A stretch of 64,000 bases of DNA from Centroscyllium fabricii (Eukaryota): NCBI GenBank assembly GCA_051313645.2, contig JBNRSN020000017.1, positions 32,922,001 through 32,986,000 of the forward strand, in the 5' to 3' direction. The position numbers and the translations under genes are program-made. The notes under the pieces are model-generated. The model did not search any database, was not told the origin of the DNA, and was given only the letters and a program-made list of their open reading frames with translations. Below are positions 1 to 11,778 of this stretch, in pieces. How positions within the stretch are numbered: position 1 is the first letter of the stretch; every line of letters begins with the position of its first letter.

Positions 1-215
1 ACTTCTGTGCAACCGCAACATATGCCATTTCACAGCTAGCTTGCTAAAGATCCATCTGTAAAAAAAAACAGACCAGAACACATCAGTTTTTCTTTTGCCT
101 CTTCCCAAACTCAGAACACCTACCACACAAGCCAAAAAACGGTAAAATCTAAACTGTTCCGGCAGCCAGCCGCAGAATGCAATCCTGTAACTATCACTTG
201 AGAAGTTAGGATTGC

Positions 216-604
216 GGACGGCATGGTGGCATAGTGGTTAGCATTGTTGCCTCACAGCTCTGGAGACCAGGGTTCAAATCCAGCCTCGGGTACTATCTGT
301 GTGGAGTTTGCACATTCTCCCCGTGTCTGCGTGGGTTTCCTCCGGGTGCTCCGGTTTCCTCCCACAGTCCAAAGATGTGTGGGTTAGGTTGATTGGCCAT
401 GATAAATTGACCCTTAGTGTTAGGGGGATTGAATGTGTGGGGTTGCGGGGATAGGGTGGGATATGTGTCGGTGCAGGCTCGATAGGGATATGGGGAGAGG
501 GCAGGGGCGGGGTTTGGATGATCAGCCATGATCTCATTGAATGGCAGAGCAGGCTTGAAGGGCCGAATGGCCTACTCCTGCTCCTATCTTCTATGTTTCT
601 ATGT
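216..604 (+). mobile_element. HE1-like tRNA-derived V-SINE, long CR1-derived tail ('tail A')
   Basis: A-box TGGCATAGTGG and B-box GGTTCAAATCC; V-domain GTGTGGAGTTTGCACATTCTCCCCGTGTCTGCGTGGGTTTCC; ends in ...CCTACTCCTGCTCCTATCTTCTATGTTTCTATG. Confidence 0.9.
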
Positions 605-1324
605 AACAATTATGCTACCAAGCTGTCCATCAGGGGCCAACTACAGGGAACTCTTGTTTAACCGGCACCTAAATATTCGGAATTCTACCGGCAAAATTCT
701 CATCCGAAAACAACACCTCAGTAACCAGCAATGTTGCCGAGTCTGAATCCGAGTCTCCTGTGGTGGCTGAGTTAATCAGTGGGGGTTTTCTTCCAAACTG
801 CCACAATCCACATCCATTTAGCACAACATTCTGCAGGTGAGTACCCAATTACTGTACACTGCACATTTCTTGATTTTTTTAATTTTTCTTTGCTAAAAAT
901 AGCCTCGGTAGATAACCCTCTCCATTATCCGGAAATCCGGTAAGGCTGAGGGGGGGACCTGATTGAGGTGTACAAAATTATGAGGGGCATAGATAGGGTA
1001 GATAGAAAGGAACTTTTCCCCTTAGTAGAGGGGTCAATAACAATGGGGCATAGTTTCAGGGTAAGGGGCAGGAGGTTTAGAAGGGATTTGAGGATGACCT
1101 TTTTCACCCAGAGGGTGGTTGGAATCTGGAACTCACTGCCTGAAAGGGTGGTAGAGGCAGGAACCCTCACAACATTCAAGAAGCATTTAGATGAGCACTT
1201 GAAACGCCATAGCATACAAGGCTTCGGACCAAGTGCTGGAAAATGGGATTAGAATAGACAGGGCTTGATAGCCGGCGCAGACGCGATGGGCTGAAGGGCC
1301 TCTTTCTGTGCTGTATAACTCAAT

Positions 1325-2587
1325 GGGCGCGAAATTCGTGAGCACACAGATTGGGCGCTAAATTTGGCAATGTGCTAAAATTTAGCGCCGGCGCTAAATT
1401 AGCACCAAGGTGGTTGATATTGGCGCTAGCGGTGGCCTTGCAGATTATGGCGCGAATTCACGCCTTGCACGGCTTCCAGGCGGCCAATATATTGCCACTA
1501 ATGGCCGTTCCCGGGCGCAGCGCTCCCTCACTAACTGCTTGGTTCCCCATGGCTCTGCAGCCGATTAGGCCTTAAAGGGGAAGCAGAGCAGCCTCTTTCC
1601 CTTCCCGTTCTCTAATCATCTGCCAACCGCAGGCCATCAGCAGTCGCGGCTATCCCTTTCCCCCTCCCCGATCTCCGATCAGCAGCTGCGGCCATCCCTT
1701 CCCCCCTCCCCAATCTCCGATCAGCAGTCGTGGCCATCCCTTCCCCCCTCCCCGATCTCCGATCAGCAGTCGCGGCTATCCCTTTCCCCCTCCCCGATCT
1801 CCGATCAGCAGCTGCGGCCATCCCTTCCCCCCTCCCCAATCTCCGATCAGCAGTCATGGCCATCCCTTCCCCCCTCCCCGATCTCCGATCAGCAGTCGCA
1901 GCCATCCCTTCCACCCACCCCGATCAGCAGTCGCGGCCATCACTTCCCCCCTCCCCGATCACCAGTCGCAGCCATCACTTCCCCCCTCCCCGATCACCAG
2001 TCGCGCCCATCCCTTCCCCCCTCCCCGATCAGCAGTCACGGCCATCCCTTCCCCCCTCCCCACTCTCCGATTAGCAGCCGATCTCCTCCCCCCCTCCCCG
2101 CTCTCCGAATAGCATCCGATCTCCTCCCCCCCCCCCCGATCTCCGATTAGCAGCCGATCTCCTCCCCCCGCACCACACACCCCCCCACCCCCCCCCGCTC
2201 TCTGATCAACTGGCCCATCGGGACGCCTCCCCCGCTCTCTGAGCAACTGGCCGATCTTGGGCCGAAGAGGGAGGGTGGCCCTTTTAGCAGCACTGCAGCG
2301 GCCACTCAAACCCGCTGCAGCGCTTACAAAAGCTGGCGCTGATAGCACGGGGGGCGGTGGAAAGGCGCTAAGCTCAATATCGGGCGCAGCCCGCTGGGCG
2401 GGCGTCGCACACGCATTGTCACGATGATCGGTGATCGCCAGGCGGCGCAGCGCTAACATTTAGTGCCGCCGCTAACCACTAGGCCAATTTAGCGCCCGGC
2501 GCTAATTTAGGCGCTACGTCGGCGCTGGCCCATTAGCGCCGATTTTCGGCGTTAATGGGCCAGCGCTAAGGCGCCAATTTCGCGGCC
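1325..2587. mobile_element. Non-autonomous PIF/Harbinger-like DNA element
   Basis: Ends GGGCGCGAAATT ... AATTTCGCGGCC; many subterminal TTAGCGCC/GGCGCTAA motifs; flanks AAT / TAT. Confidence 0.65.
1636..2170. repeat. C-rich minisatellite, 42-bp unit decaying to ~35-bp units
   Basis: ATCAGCAGTCGCGGCCATCCCTTCCCCCCTCCCCGATCTCCG units; variants recur with a 3-unit (126-bp) period. Confidence 0.9.
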
Positions 2588-3499
2588 TATGACTCTATTT
2601 TGATAAACCGGCAACACGCCGGTCCCGTCGGTGCCGGATATCAAAGAGTTTCCTGTATATTAATTACAAAGTGCTTAGATTCAGCTGATTTTTAAAGGGG
2701 AGCTGAGCCTAACTCCCAGGATGCGTTATTTGGGAATCTTAGAAATGTTATCAGGTAGTGGATGTACAATAAAGTTTTTTTATAAAAAGCCAATCCGAGC
2801 AGCGGCAAAACTTGGCTGTCCAAAAACAGGTTACAGGAGCTGTTGGTTCTGAGCTGACAAATCTCCAACTCCCCTTAAATCTTCATCTTTGTGGCAGTCC
2901 CGCTCGGTCTCCTATGAACCATTTTAGCAGTCTAAAATAGTCATGTTTCAGTTTTTAATGTTCTTTTTGGATGCTGTAGATATTCTATGATGGAAAACAC
3001 ATTTTGCAAACTGTTAAAGATACCCTGTACTGAGAAGAGTTAATCAAATTCTGTTAATCCACATTCAGGCATGCCATGTTGTGTTAAAAGGAATTTCTGT
3101 ACAAAATCACTTGAAAAATGCAACTTGTGCGCATTTTCTCCAGAAGGAGGAGAAATTAATCGCAGAACATAGTTATGTGACTTTAGACTTTATTCAGAGA
3201 CAGAATCCAGAGCATTTTTTTCTGTTGAAACACAGCAACTTTGACTGCCAGCTGATTGAAGGTGAAAGGTATAATTGTAGGTGAAGTATCGATCATAAGT
3301 AATCAGGTCGTGATACTCTGAAATATCCCTGATACTTGGAAACTCCATCCATAGGAAATGAAATCATATTGAATTCTTGTAGATTACTCAACGTGCAACA
3401 AATTGACCGACCCATATTTGAGTATGGAGCAACAAAATTAGGAATGCGCTTTTATATAAAGAAAAGTCACAATACCAGTTAAACCTTCAGATTTCAGCT

Positions 3500-3752
3500 G
3501 CCCTTTCAAAACTGAGATGAGGAGGAATTTCTTCACTCATAGGGTGGTGAGTCTGTGGAAGCTGGGACATTAAATAAATTTAAATCGGAAATAGACAGCT
3601 TCCTAGCTGATAAGGGAATAAGGGGTTACGGGGAACGGGCAGGGAAGTGGATGTGGATCTAAGTTTGGATCAGCCATGATCCTATTGAATGGCGGAGCAG
3701 GCACGAAGGGCCGTATGGCCTACTCCTGCTCCTACTTCTTATGTTCTTACGT
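3500..3752 (+). mobile_element. CR1 LINE 3' end
   Basis: GAGATGAGGAGGAATTTCTTCACTCATAGGGTGGTG ... GAATGGCGGAGCAGG...CCTACTCCTGCTCCTACTTCTTATGTTC. Confidence 0.85.
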
Positions 3753-3816
3753 TTATGTTCTTTAATGGCGGAATAAATCAAACACGAGATTACAAAATAA
3801 ATGCATCTAGAAACAT

Positions 3817-4186
3817 TCATAGAAACATAGAAGATAGGAGCAGGAGTAGGCCATTCGGCCCTTCGAGCCTGCTCCGCCATTCAATGAGATCATGGCTAAT
3901 CATCCAAACCTAGCACCCTGTCCCTGCCTTGTCCCCATATCCCACCCTATCCCCGTAACCCCACATATTCAATCACCCTAACACTAAGGGTCAATTTATC
4001 CTGGCCAATCAACCTAACCCGCACATCTTTGGACTGTGGGAGGAAACCGGAGCACCCGGATTTAACCCACGCAGACACGGGGAGAATGTGCCAACTCCAC
4101 ACAGATAGTCACCCGAGGCCGGATTTGAACCCAGGTCTCCAGTGCTGTAAGACAACAGTGCTAACCACTATGCCACCGTGCCACCC
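3817..4186 (-). mobile_element. HE1-like SINE, tail A, internal deletion
   Basis: Reverse complement of the 216-604 family. Confidence 0.88.
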
Positions 4187-4211
4187 ACGTTGTGGCAGGT
4201 CCACATCCCAC

Positions 4212-4456
4212 TGTATATAGCTGTACATAACTTACATGTATATTATTCCCTTTAACTGCTGTTGTAACCTACCCTTTAAGAGCGTGGGAAAAACGGACGC
4301 ACATGATGAGGCGCGGTGACGTCATCACGTGATGCGCGGGCTTTTGGAGTCAGTGTTAGAATCGACTTGAGTGAGTAAAGACCTGTTGTTTAGCGTTCCT
4401 CTGTGTGGGCTCCATTATTTCTGCTAGGAATATTTGCATTCCTGCACATATTTACA
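4212..4456 (+). mobile_element. Possible solo LTR
   Basis: TGTA...TACA ends; CpG-rich core with TGACGTCA and CACGTG; AGTAAA poly(A)-like signal; no TSD found. Confidence 0.35.
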
Positions 4457-5001
4457 AATCATCTATCATCTCATGTATTTCTTTATCTCAGCATTTAACT
4501 CCCCACAAAAAATGGTGAGGTCCATGGCGACCGATTAACACAGCTTCCGGGGTATTTCAGGGACAAGGAGACCAACAGAGTCAACAGACACATTTGCTCC
4601 GCTTCAACCATCACTCCTGCTGACTGATCATCACACAGCATTTGCAGGCTGTGCTGTGCTGTGATCCCCAGGAAGAGAATTCATCACAATGAGGAAGGTC
4701 ATAGAGGGAAAAAAATTAATCCGGACAATAGCAGTGAAGGAAGAAGAGAATGGCAACAGAAAAATCACCACAAACCCTTTTTGGACAGCCTGCACAAAAC
4801 TTGAAGCTTCAAAACGTTTAATACTCAAACCGGTTAATGTGCTCAAAGTTTCATTCTTAACGGTGCAAATTTATGCAGGAGCTTAAAAAATAATATTAAC
4901 ACAGGATCTTTCAAGCATTTTAGGAATTTAAGGCAAAGAAGTTCAAGAATTTGCCTCTAAGTAGGTGGAAAGCAAAATACAGAAGTCCAAGTGAGCATTT
5001 T

Positions 5002-5318
5002 CATAGAATCATAGAATCCCTACAGTGCAGATAGAGGCCATTTCGGCCCATCGAGCCTACACTGACACATATCCCACCCTATCCCCGTAACCCCACATAT
5101 TTAATCCCCCTAACACTAAGGGTCAATTTATCCTGGCCAATCAACCTAACCAGCACATCTTTGGACTGTGGGAGGAAACCGGAGCACCCGGAGGAAACCC
5201 ACGCAGACACGGGGAGAATGTGCAAACTCCACACAGATAGGCACCCGAGGCCGGATTTGAACCCGGGCCCCTGGCGCTGTGAGGCAACAGTGCTAACCAC
5301 AATGCCACCGCGCCACCC
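5002..5318 (-). mobile_element. HE1-like SINE, short tail ('tail B')
   Basis: Same head and body; tail GGGCCGAAATGGCCTCTATCTGCACTGTAGGGATTCTATGATTCTATG. Confidence 0.9.
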
Positions 5319-6103
5319 TGCAAAGCAGGATGCTCTATAAAAACAGGGCATGTATCTATGCAGTAATTGTCATGCCCATCCTATGTCAATCAAAAGGAGA
5401 TTAAATGAGCAGAGTTCTGTATTAATCAACGGCCACTTGATCGTGGATAATTCTCCAGGCAACCAAACTGCCTGGCATCAAATAAGCAAAGCAAGCAACC
5501 AATCCAATAGGTTGACCATGAATTAATTCAAAAAGAAAACTTTGAGATAAACCTACCAAACAACAATAAGCTTATGAAAAAGTGTAATTTTATGGGTAAA
5601 TTTAAACCCAATCCCTCTCGGTCTCCATTCAGAAGTTAAAATCTCCAGGCTTGTGATGTTAATTTGTATAAACCAAGGTCAGGTATCTCAAAAAAGTGAC
5701 AAAAGGGTTTTCCTTCCGACATTGAATGAGTCATTCAAAAAGCAGAATGCAAATTTGTTTAGATTCAAATGTAGTATTTATCCCAAAGGAAACTCGTATG
5801 ACATAACTTCCTAAATCAAATAAAAGAATTTGTCCGTGCAAGTGTCCTTCTCCCCTACTATACAAATAATGATGAAACATATCATGCAGTCCTGTGTAGT
5901 TCGTCCTCTCTACAAGCATACATATACACTACTGAAATTTGAGCACAATACAGTGAAAACAATTGACTGTAATAATTAAATGAAAACAACAAATTGCAGT
6001 TACATAACGCCTCTAATATAATAAAACAGAGGTGAAATTAACCAGGTATTGAGAAATGGGGCGGATGGGGGGGGGGGGGCGGGGCGGGTGGGGAGAAAAA
6101 TTA

Positions 6104-6501
6104 AGGGCAGTACTGTGGCATAGTGGTTAGCACTGTTGCCTCACAGCACTAGAGACCCGGGTTCAAATCCAGCCTCGGGTGACTATCTGTGTGGAGTTTG
6201 CACATTCTCCCCGTGTCTGCGTGGGTTTCCTCCGGGTGCTCCGGTTTCCTCCCACAGTTCAAAGATGTGCGGGTTAGGTTGATTGGCCAGGATAAATTGA
6301 CCCTTAGTGTTGGGGGGATTGAATGTTACGGGGATAGGGTGGGATATGTGTCGGAGCAGGCTCGATAGGGATCGAGGGATATGGGGACAAGGCAGGGACA
6401 GGGTGCTGGGTTTGGATGATCAGCCATGATCTCATTGAATGGCGGAGCAGGCTCGAAGGGCCGAATGGCCTACTCCTGCTCCTATCTTCTATGTTTCTAT
6501 G
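6104..6501 (+). mobile_element. HE1-like SINE, tail A
   Basis: Full head, V-domain and CR1-derived tail. Confidence 0.9.
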
Positions 6502-6502
6502 T

Positions 6503-6838
6503 TTACTGGAAAACAAAATCAAAGGGTAGCTTCTGAAGAGGCTTTTGATAGAATGGAGAAAGGTAGCAAAGCAGCGCGGTTCAAGGAGCATGTTCCAGAG
6601 TATGGGGCTGCAATCGCTGAGAGATTTGCAGCAGAAGTAAGCGGAATGCAAAGGAGGCCGGAGCCGGAAGACTGGTTGGGAGGGGTGCAAATTTGTAAAT
6701 GAGGATTTTGAAATTGAAGTGTATGGAACAGAGAGCCAATGGAGTATGGCAAAGCACAGGAGTAACAGAGGAAATGGGACTCAGTACAGGATAGGATGCA
6801 GGCAGTTGAGCTTCGGATGAGTTGCATTTGGAGTAATT
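6503..6838 (-). mobile_element. Degenerate L2-like LINE fragment
   Basis: Reverse translation ...CSPILWNMLLEP...SIKSLFRSY resembles the L2 ORF2 C-terminus; probably continues after 8715. Confidence 0.45.
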
Positions 6839-8715
6839 GGCCTAGAGATTCAGGTATTGGCACGCGGGGGGGCACAGGGTACATGCCCTACACCTGAATG
6901 GTGAGGCCCAAGGCTCCCCCGATATTGGGTCTTGGGATAATGGAGCCGGCGAGGCAAGACAAACCCGCCAGAGAAGAGGAGCGCAAGACCGGGCCACTGC
7001 TAGCACCGCAAAGGCCCACCGGTTAAGTGGTTCTGGGGTTCGGGGCAGGCATCAGGGCCAGGAGATCAGGGCCAGGGATCAAGTTTGGGTCTGAGAATCA
7101 CGTGACTGGGAATCAAGGGAACCAGGGATCGGGGAAGGGGAGGCGGAGCCAGGGTTGTCGGGGGCCAACGATCGGGAGGGGTGTGTTTTTAGAGGATGGG
7201 TCGATGTTGCAATGGGCAATCTTGAAAAGCAAGAGGCAAAGGGCTAGAAATTCACTCTAGCCCAGGAATGGGCAGTATCTTTTGAAAAGTTTGAGAATTA
7301 GCGCCAGGTGTGAATGCTTTAGACTGCACGCAAAATTCATTCTGACTGCTCAAAGAAATGATTAGGGCGCTAAATCAAGTCTTAAATGACTAGCTCAGTG
7401 ATGTTACACTCAAAGGGTGGACCAATATCGGGTGTAATCTAATCTCAACTCATTATTGCCACAGGCTTCTCCCAGTACTTAACGGGGAGGATCATTGACA
7501 CAGCAGCACCTCATTCTCAGCATTGCTCGCTGTGCAACTGCCTCAGCAGGGAGAAGCACAACAAGGAGAAGGAGCCAGAGGACTGAAGCAGGTGTGCTCA
7601 TGGCAGATCCACCTCAGTCGGCCGGTCAGGATGATTGAGTGCTTCAACAAATGCTACATCTGTACCACAAGCTTCCACTGCCCAAAGCACCAGACTCCCA
7701 GCACTCACCCACCAACAATCTCTACCTACCAACACTCACACCCACATCTCACACTTTGCACATAATGACAGCTATTCAACTATGGCAGGCACAAGGGTCA
7801 TTAGTTATTAGAATGAATGTGATATGTGTGATATCTTTATGCATAAATGTATTGATGGAGTTTGCAATATTTTATGCTGTGTCTCATTTCACCTTTGCAC
7901 CCAGGAGGATGCTATGATATGCCATGAGACAGGGACAGTACAATGGGCATGTGGTGAGCAAAAGGGATCTGGAGTATAAGTCATCCTAATGTGAGGCTGG
8001 AGGTCTGTTTGGAGGAGGTGACAGAGTTCTGTGACCACCACCTTGTTGATGCAGAGCCATCTAATACACTGCTCCTCACTTAATTGAAGGTAGGAGAAGT
8101 GTTGCTGGAATACCCTCAGCAAGTAAGGCCTCCTGGTGAGAGCCCTGATGGCCCTCCTCATCCCTCTGTGCACATGTTCCCATATTTCTGGCTGCCTCTG
8201 CTCCCTCAGCTGTAAATCCTGGAGGGCAAGATGGTGCCAGTACAGCCCCCATTAACGTTGCCAAGTGTAGCAGTTTGAATCTTTGAACAATAAATGAAGC
8301 CACTTTGCACTTGCCAGAAGACTGCTGATAAAAAAGCTTGAAATTACTCATAGAAACTGCTCCACTGGCTGAAACGGACAAGAAACCACTGAAACTAAGC
8401 TGCTCTGACAGCTGCGAGTGATTAATGCTGATGTCTTTAAATAACGTCGCTGGAGCCAGCTTCCTGCAACTGCGATCCTGCTCTCCCTGTCGCTGTCTAG
8501 TCAAGGCATAAAGGTAAGTGGCAACAATGAACTTTCCAGATCCGGCGCCCAGTTGCATGCTCACTGGCGTCCCGATCTGCCTGGCGTTGAAATCCCCAGC
8601 GGTACCTCGTACCGGCGGCGCAATGGGGGTTGGGGGCCGGATTTGCCTTGTGGATTCGCCGCGCCCCGGCGCTACTGCATCAGCGACCCATTACTGCCCT
8701 CTGAATCTTTCCCCC
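6839..8715 (-). mobile_element. Decayed PIF/Harbinger transposon with transposase remnant
   Basis: Degenerate TIRs GGCCTAGAGATTCAG / GGGGGAAAGATTCAG; 7889-8173(-) RRPYLLRVFQQHFSYLQLSEEQCIRWL...VVTELCHLLQ resembles the HARBI1-like nuclease N-terminus. Confidence 0.65.
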
Positions 8716-10076
8716 AAAGCCTGAGAAAAGGGAACTGATGAGCCCATGAAAGAACATTTGGCTAAAGTTGGTCTCATGGAGGATATGAGCTTGGTGAGGG
8801 TCTGGGAGGAGGTTAGGGAGAATCTGTAATGTGATATGATGCCATGGCAAGGGTATGGGGGTATTAGGAGAGTATAGGGTGGGAGAAGAGTAGTGGTGGG
8901 ATTATGGTTAGGGCAACTAAGTGGGTGGTTTCGCCCTTTGAGATGAAGATAGACATAAATTCCTCACATATGAGATCAGAGAGGACAGGTAGATGGAAAA
9001 GCCTGGTCTTCCACTGAAGTGGGTATAGTTGTCAATGAGCTTCTATTATGCTGCTTTGCTGCCATAATAACCACAAAAAAACGACTTCCCATTTGTTATA
9101 TACAAGCTGGCATGGACTTGTCTTGGCATTAAATTAAGGAACAGAGTCTACTCAACCAACCTTACAAGAAAGTCACACTTTCAGGAAACCAAATTGAGAG
9201 ATTTTGTGAAGGAATTTTTAAAGCAACAGGACATTTATTGAGTCTCCTGCAAAAATCGTGTCAGAAAGTGTTTGCAATCATTACAAAAGGTTTTTTAAAA
9301 AAATACCCAGTCGCACCAAAAATACATTAAAATGTTTTTAAAACGGTCTAATGACCATACAAGAATGGCTTTACTGAAGTTCGCATGCAGCCAGGAATGT
9401 AGAAAATCGTAAAAGTGTAATCGTGCGCTACCGGCTGCTAAAAGCCACGGGGTTATGACCATCCACATTCTCATGGCGAAAACCAGAACAACTGATTCTG
9501 TCTCTAGCGCGTTCATTTATAACATAAGATCATGCAAATCATTCTGCTTATATATCAACAGAGAGTAGATAAAATTAGATATTTGAAAAGATAACCAAAA
9601 AGACAAAAAGCTGGTATTGTGCAACCTAGTTACATTTTCTAAATAGAAGAGGAATTTTGAAATTAATAACTTACTTTTATATGGCACCTTTAACATAAAA
9701 AAGCATCGCAAGGTGCTTCCCAGGTACTACAGCATTTCCTCCTCCTGGAGGGTATGGGCAGAGGTTTGTGGGACCACCACCTACCACCAATCTCTCTCTC
9801 TGCAGTCATGTGCTATATTTTTGAAAACAAATGCAAAGAGTGAGAATTACATTTGGTTGCCAGAAGATGCAGTAAAACCCAGGTGTTGGCATGCAGGTCA
9901 CCATGCACCAAGCAATTTCTTGATGCTATTAGGTTACATGTAAGGCTTTGAATGAAGCAACACTTCCAGGTGAATGCTGAGAGTGTAAAGGGCACTGCAC
10001 ATCCTCCTGAGCATTAATGGTAGCAATTTAAGTACTTTAACAGAATATGGGGGGAAGAGCATTATAAGTGACAGAC

Positions 10077-10805
10077 ATTCAATTCAATTCAATTCAATTC
10101 AAGTTTTATTGTCATTGCAGAGTACTAGTACAATACAACGAGACGAAGACTCGACGCTCCCGAGAGTAGTGCAAATAAATTACATGCAAATTGCATAGAG
10201 TAAAGTACATTTTCAGGTGTGCAGGTACCGTAGTTTATTTTTAGAGTTCAGGAGGCTGACAGCCCTGGGGAAGAAGCTGTTCTTAAATCTAGTCGTGTGG
10301 GTATGAATTGATCTGTAGCGTCTCCCGGAGGGCAGGGGGGCGAACAGACTGTGGCTGGGGTGTGTGGGGTCTTTAATAATGTTCAGAGATCTCCGTAGGC
10401 AGCGTTTGAGGTAGATGCTTTCCATTGATGGTAGCTGTGCACCGGTGATTCGTTGGGCAGTTTTGACTACCCGCTGCAGAGTCTTCTGGTCCGAGATGGT
10501 GCAATTTCCATACCAGACTGTGATGCAGCTTGTCAGTATGCTTTTGATTGTGCAGCGGTAGAAGTTGTAGAGGATGCCGGATGACAGCCTGGCTTTCTTC
10601 AGCTTCCTTAGGAAGTACAGGCACTGTTGGGCCTTCTTACCAGAGAGGAGGTGTTTAGTGACCAGGAGAGGTCTTCCGAGATGTGGACCCCGAGGAACTT
10701 GAAGCTGGACACCCTTTCCACCTCAGCCCCTTGGATGAAGATGGGGGGGGTGTCTTCTGCTTCCAGTCTTCCGGAAGTCCACTATGATCTCCTTAGTTTT
10801 CTTGC
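10077..10805 (-). mobile_element. Rex1/Babar LINE 3' fragment
   Basis: IIKDPTHPSHSLFAPLPSGRRYRS...RFKNSFFP; (TTGAA)n tail; same family as 54655-55449. Confidence 0.9.
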
Positions 10806-11498
10806 TTAGCACAATGTATTGTTGAAAGGTGTGGCTGGTCCTTCTGATCTTGGTAGGCCTGGTAAGGTCATTAAACTTTTTCCACCACTGAATTGTGATG
10901 CGTACAATGGTCAGGTTTGTTTGTTATCGGCCTGGCCACCTCCTGCCACTCCCTTTGAGGGCCTGACTCCATTTGTGCGCAACAAAGCCTCCCTCCACTG
11001 GCGGACACCCTGGAGAAACGCTTGCACAGTTTTGTCTCTGAACCTGGTGCTTTGGGCCGTCCACCAGACCTCACTGAGGCTCTTCAAAGAAGCCAGCTCT
11101 TTGTTCTGCAGCCAAAAAGTCTTTTTGTGTTGTGGCCCTTTTAAGCACACTAACTCCTTCCCCCAAATGGCAAGCTCCCAATGACTGGTATCCTAATGCC
11201 AGGAGCTTGCCATTATTATGGTAATTAGCAGGGTCAGTCTATTTCCTCACGCTCTGCCAATTTTCTCCTTGGGAATCTGCCCGCGTGAAAAATTTAGGCT
11301 CTTGTCTCTGGGCAAATAAACAGCAGGAGTTTTAAATACTCCCTATAAGATCCATATCTACTAATTTGCTATGAAGCTAATTCTGAGATGATTGTTAGTC
11401 TCCTTCAGCTGTTGTAGTCCTTATTGCTTAAATAAACAATGTTCTATACACCAAAGGAAATCACAAGATGGTGCATGTCCACCTTTAGTGAATAAAAT

Positions 11499-11778
11499 TG
11501 TGACCGAAATAACGACCTCGTGGACGAGTAGTTAAGAGGATGAAACAATTCGGCTTTTATTCACTAAAGGTGGACATGCACCAGCTAGTCGACCGTCCCC
11601 AGGAATGGCAGGGGGAAGGGAGATGGCCGCTTATGTACCTGGTCCCGGGAGGGAGGAGTCACAGGCGGGGCCAGCATGGGCATGTCCAGGTAATCGTACA
11701 CAGTGAACTATAATACAACATGGTGAATAGTACGATTACAACGATACATATATATACATAAAAGAGTGGTTTACCACA
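11499..11778 (-). mobile_element. Solo LTR (Gypsy-like)
   Basis: On the - strand TGTGGTAAACC...CGGTCACA with AATAAAA ~60 nt before the end; no TSD seen. Confidence 0.55.

Larger units (their letters stand above)
944..2598 (+). mobile_element. CR1 LINE 3' fragment (944-1324, tail resumes at 2588)
   Basis: ORF 968-1252 YKIMRGIDRVD...FFTQRVVGIWNSLP is the CR1 ORF2 C-terminus; the tail CTGTATAACTC|TATGACTCTAT is split by an insertion. Confidence 0.85.
644..2655. mobile_element. Tc1/mariner-pogo (Tigger-like) MITE split by nested insertions
   Basis: TA|CAGGGAACTCTTGTTTAACCGGCACC ... GGTGCCGGATATCAAAGAGTTTCCTG|TA: imperfect TIRs, TA flanks. Confidence 0.75.

Noticed and set aside
216-300. tRNA-like A/B boxes here and at other SINE heads
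   Set aside because: They are SINE heads continuing into V-domain bodies, not tRNA genes.
1612-2459. Repetitive ORFs (ADRRSGRGEG..., PSPLPDLRS...)
   Set aside because: Translations of a 42-bp minisatellite inside a transposon.
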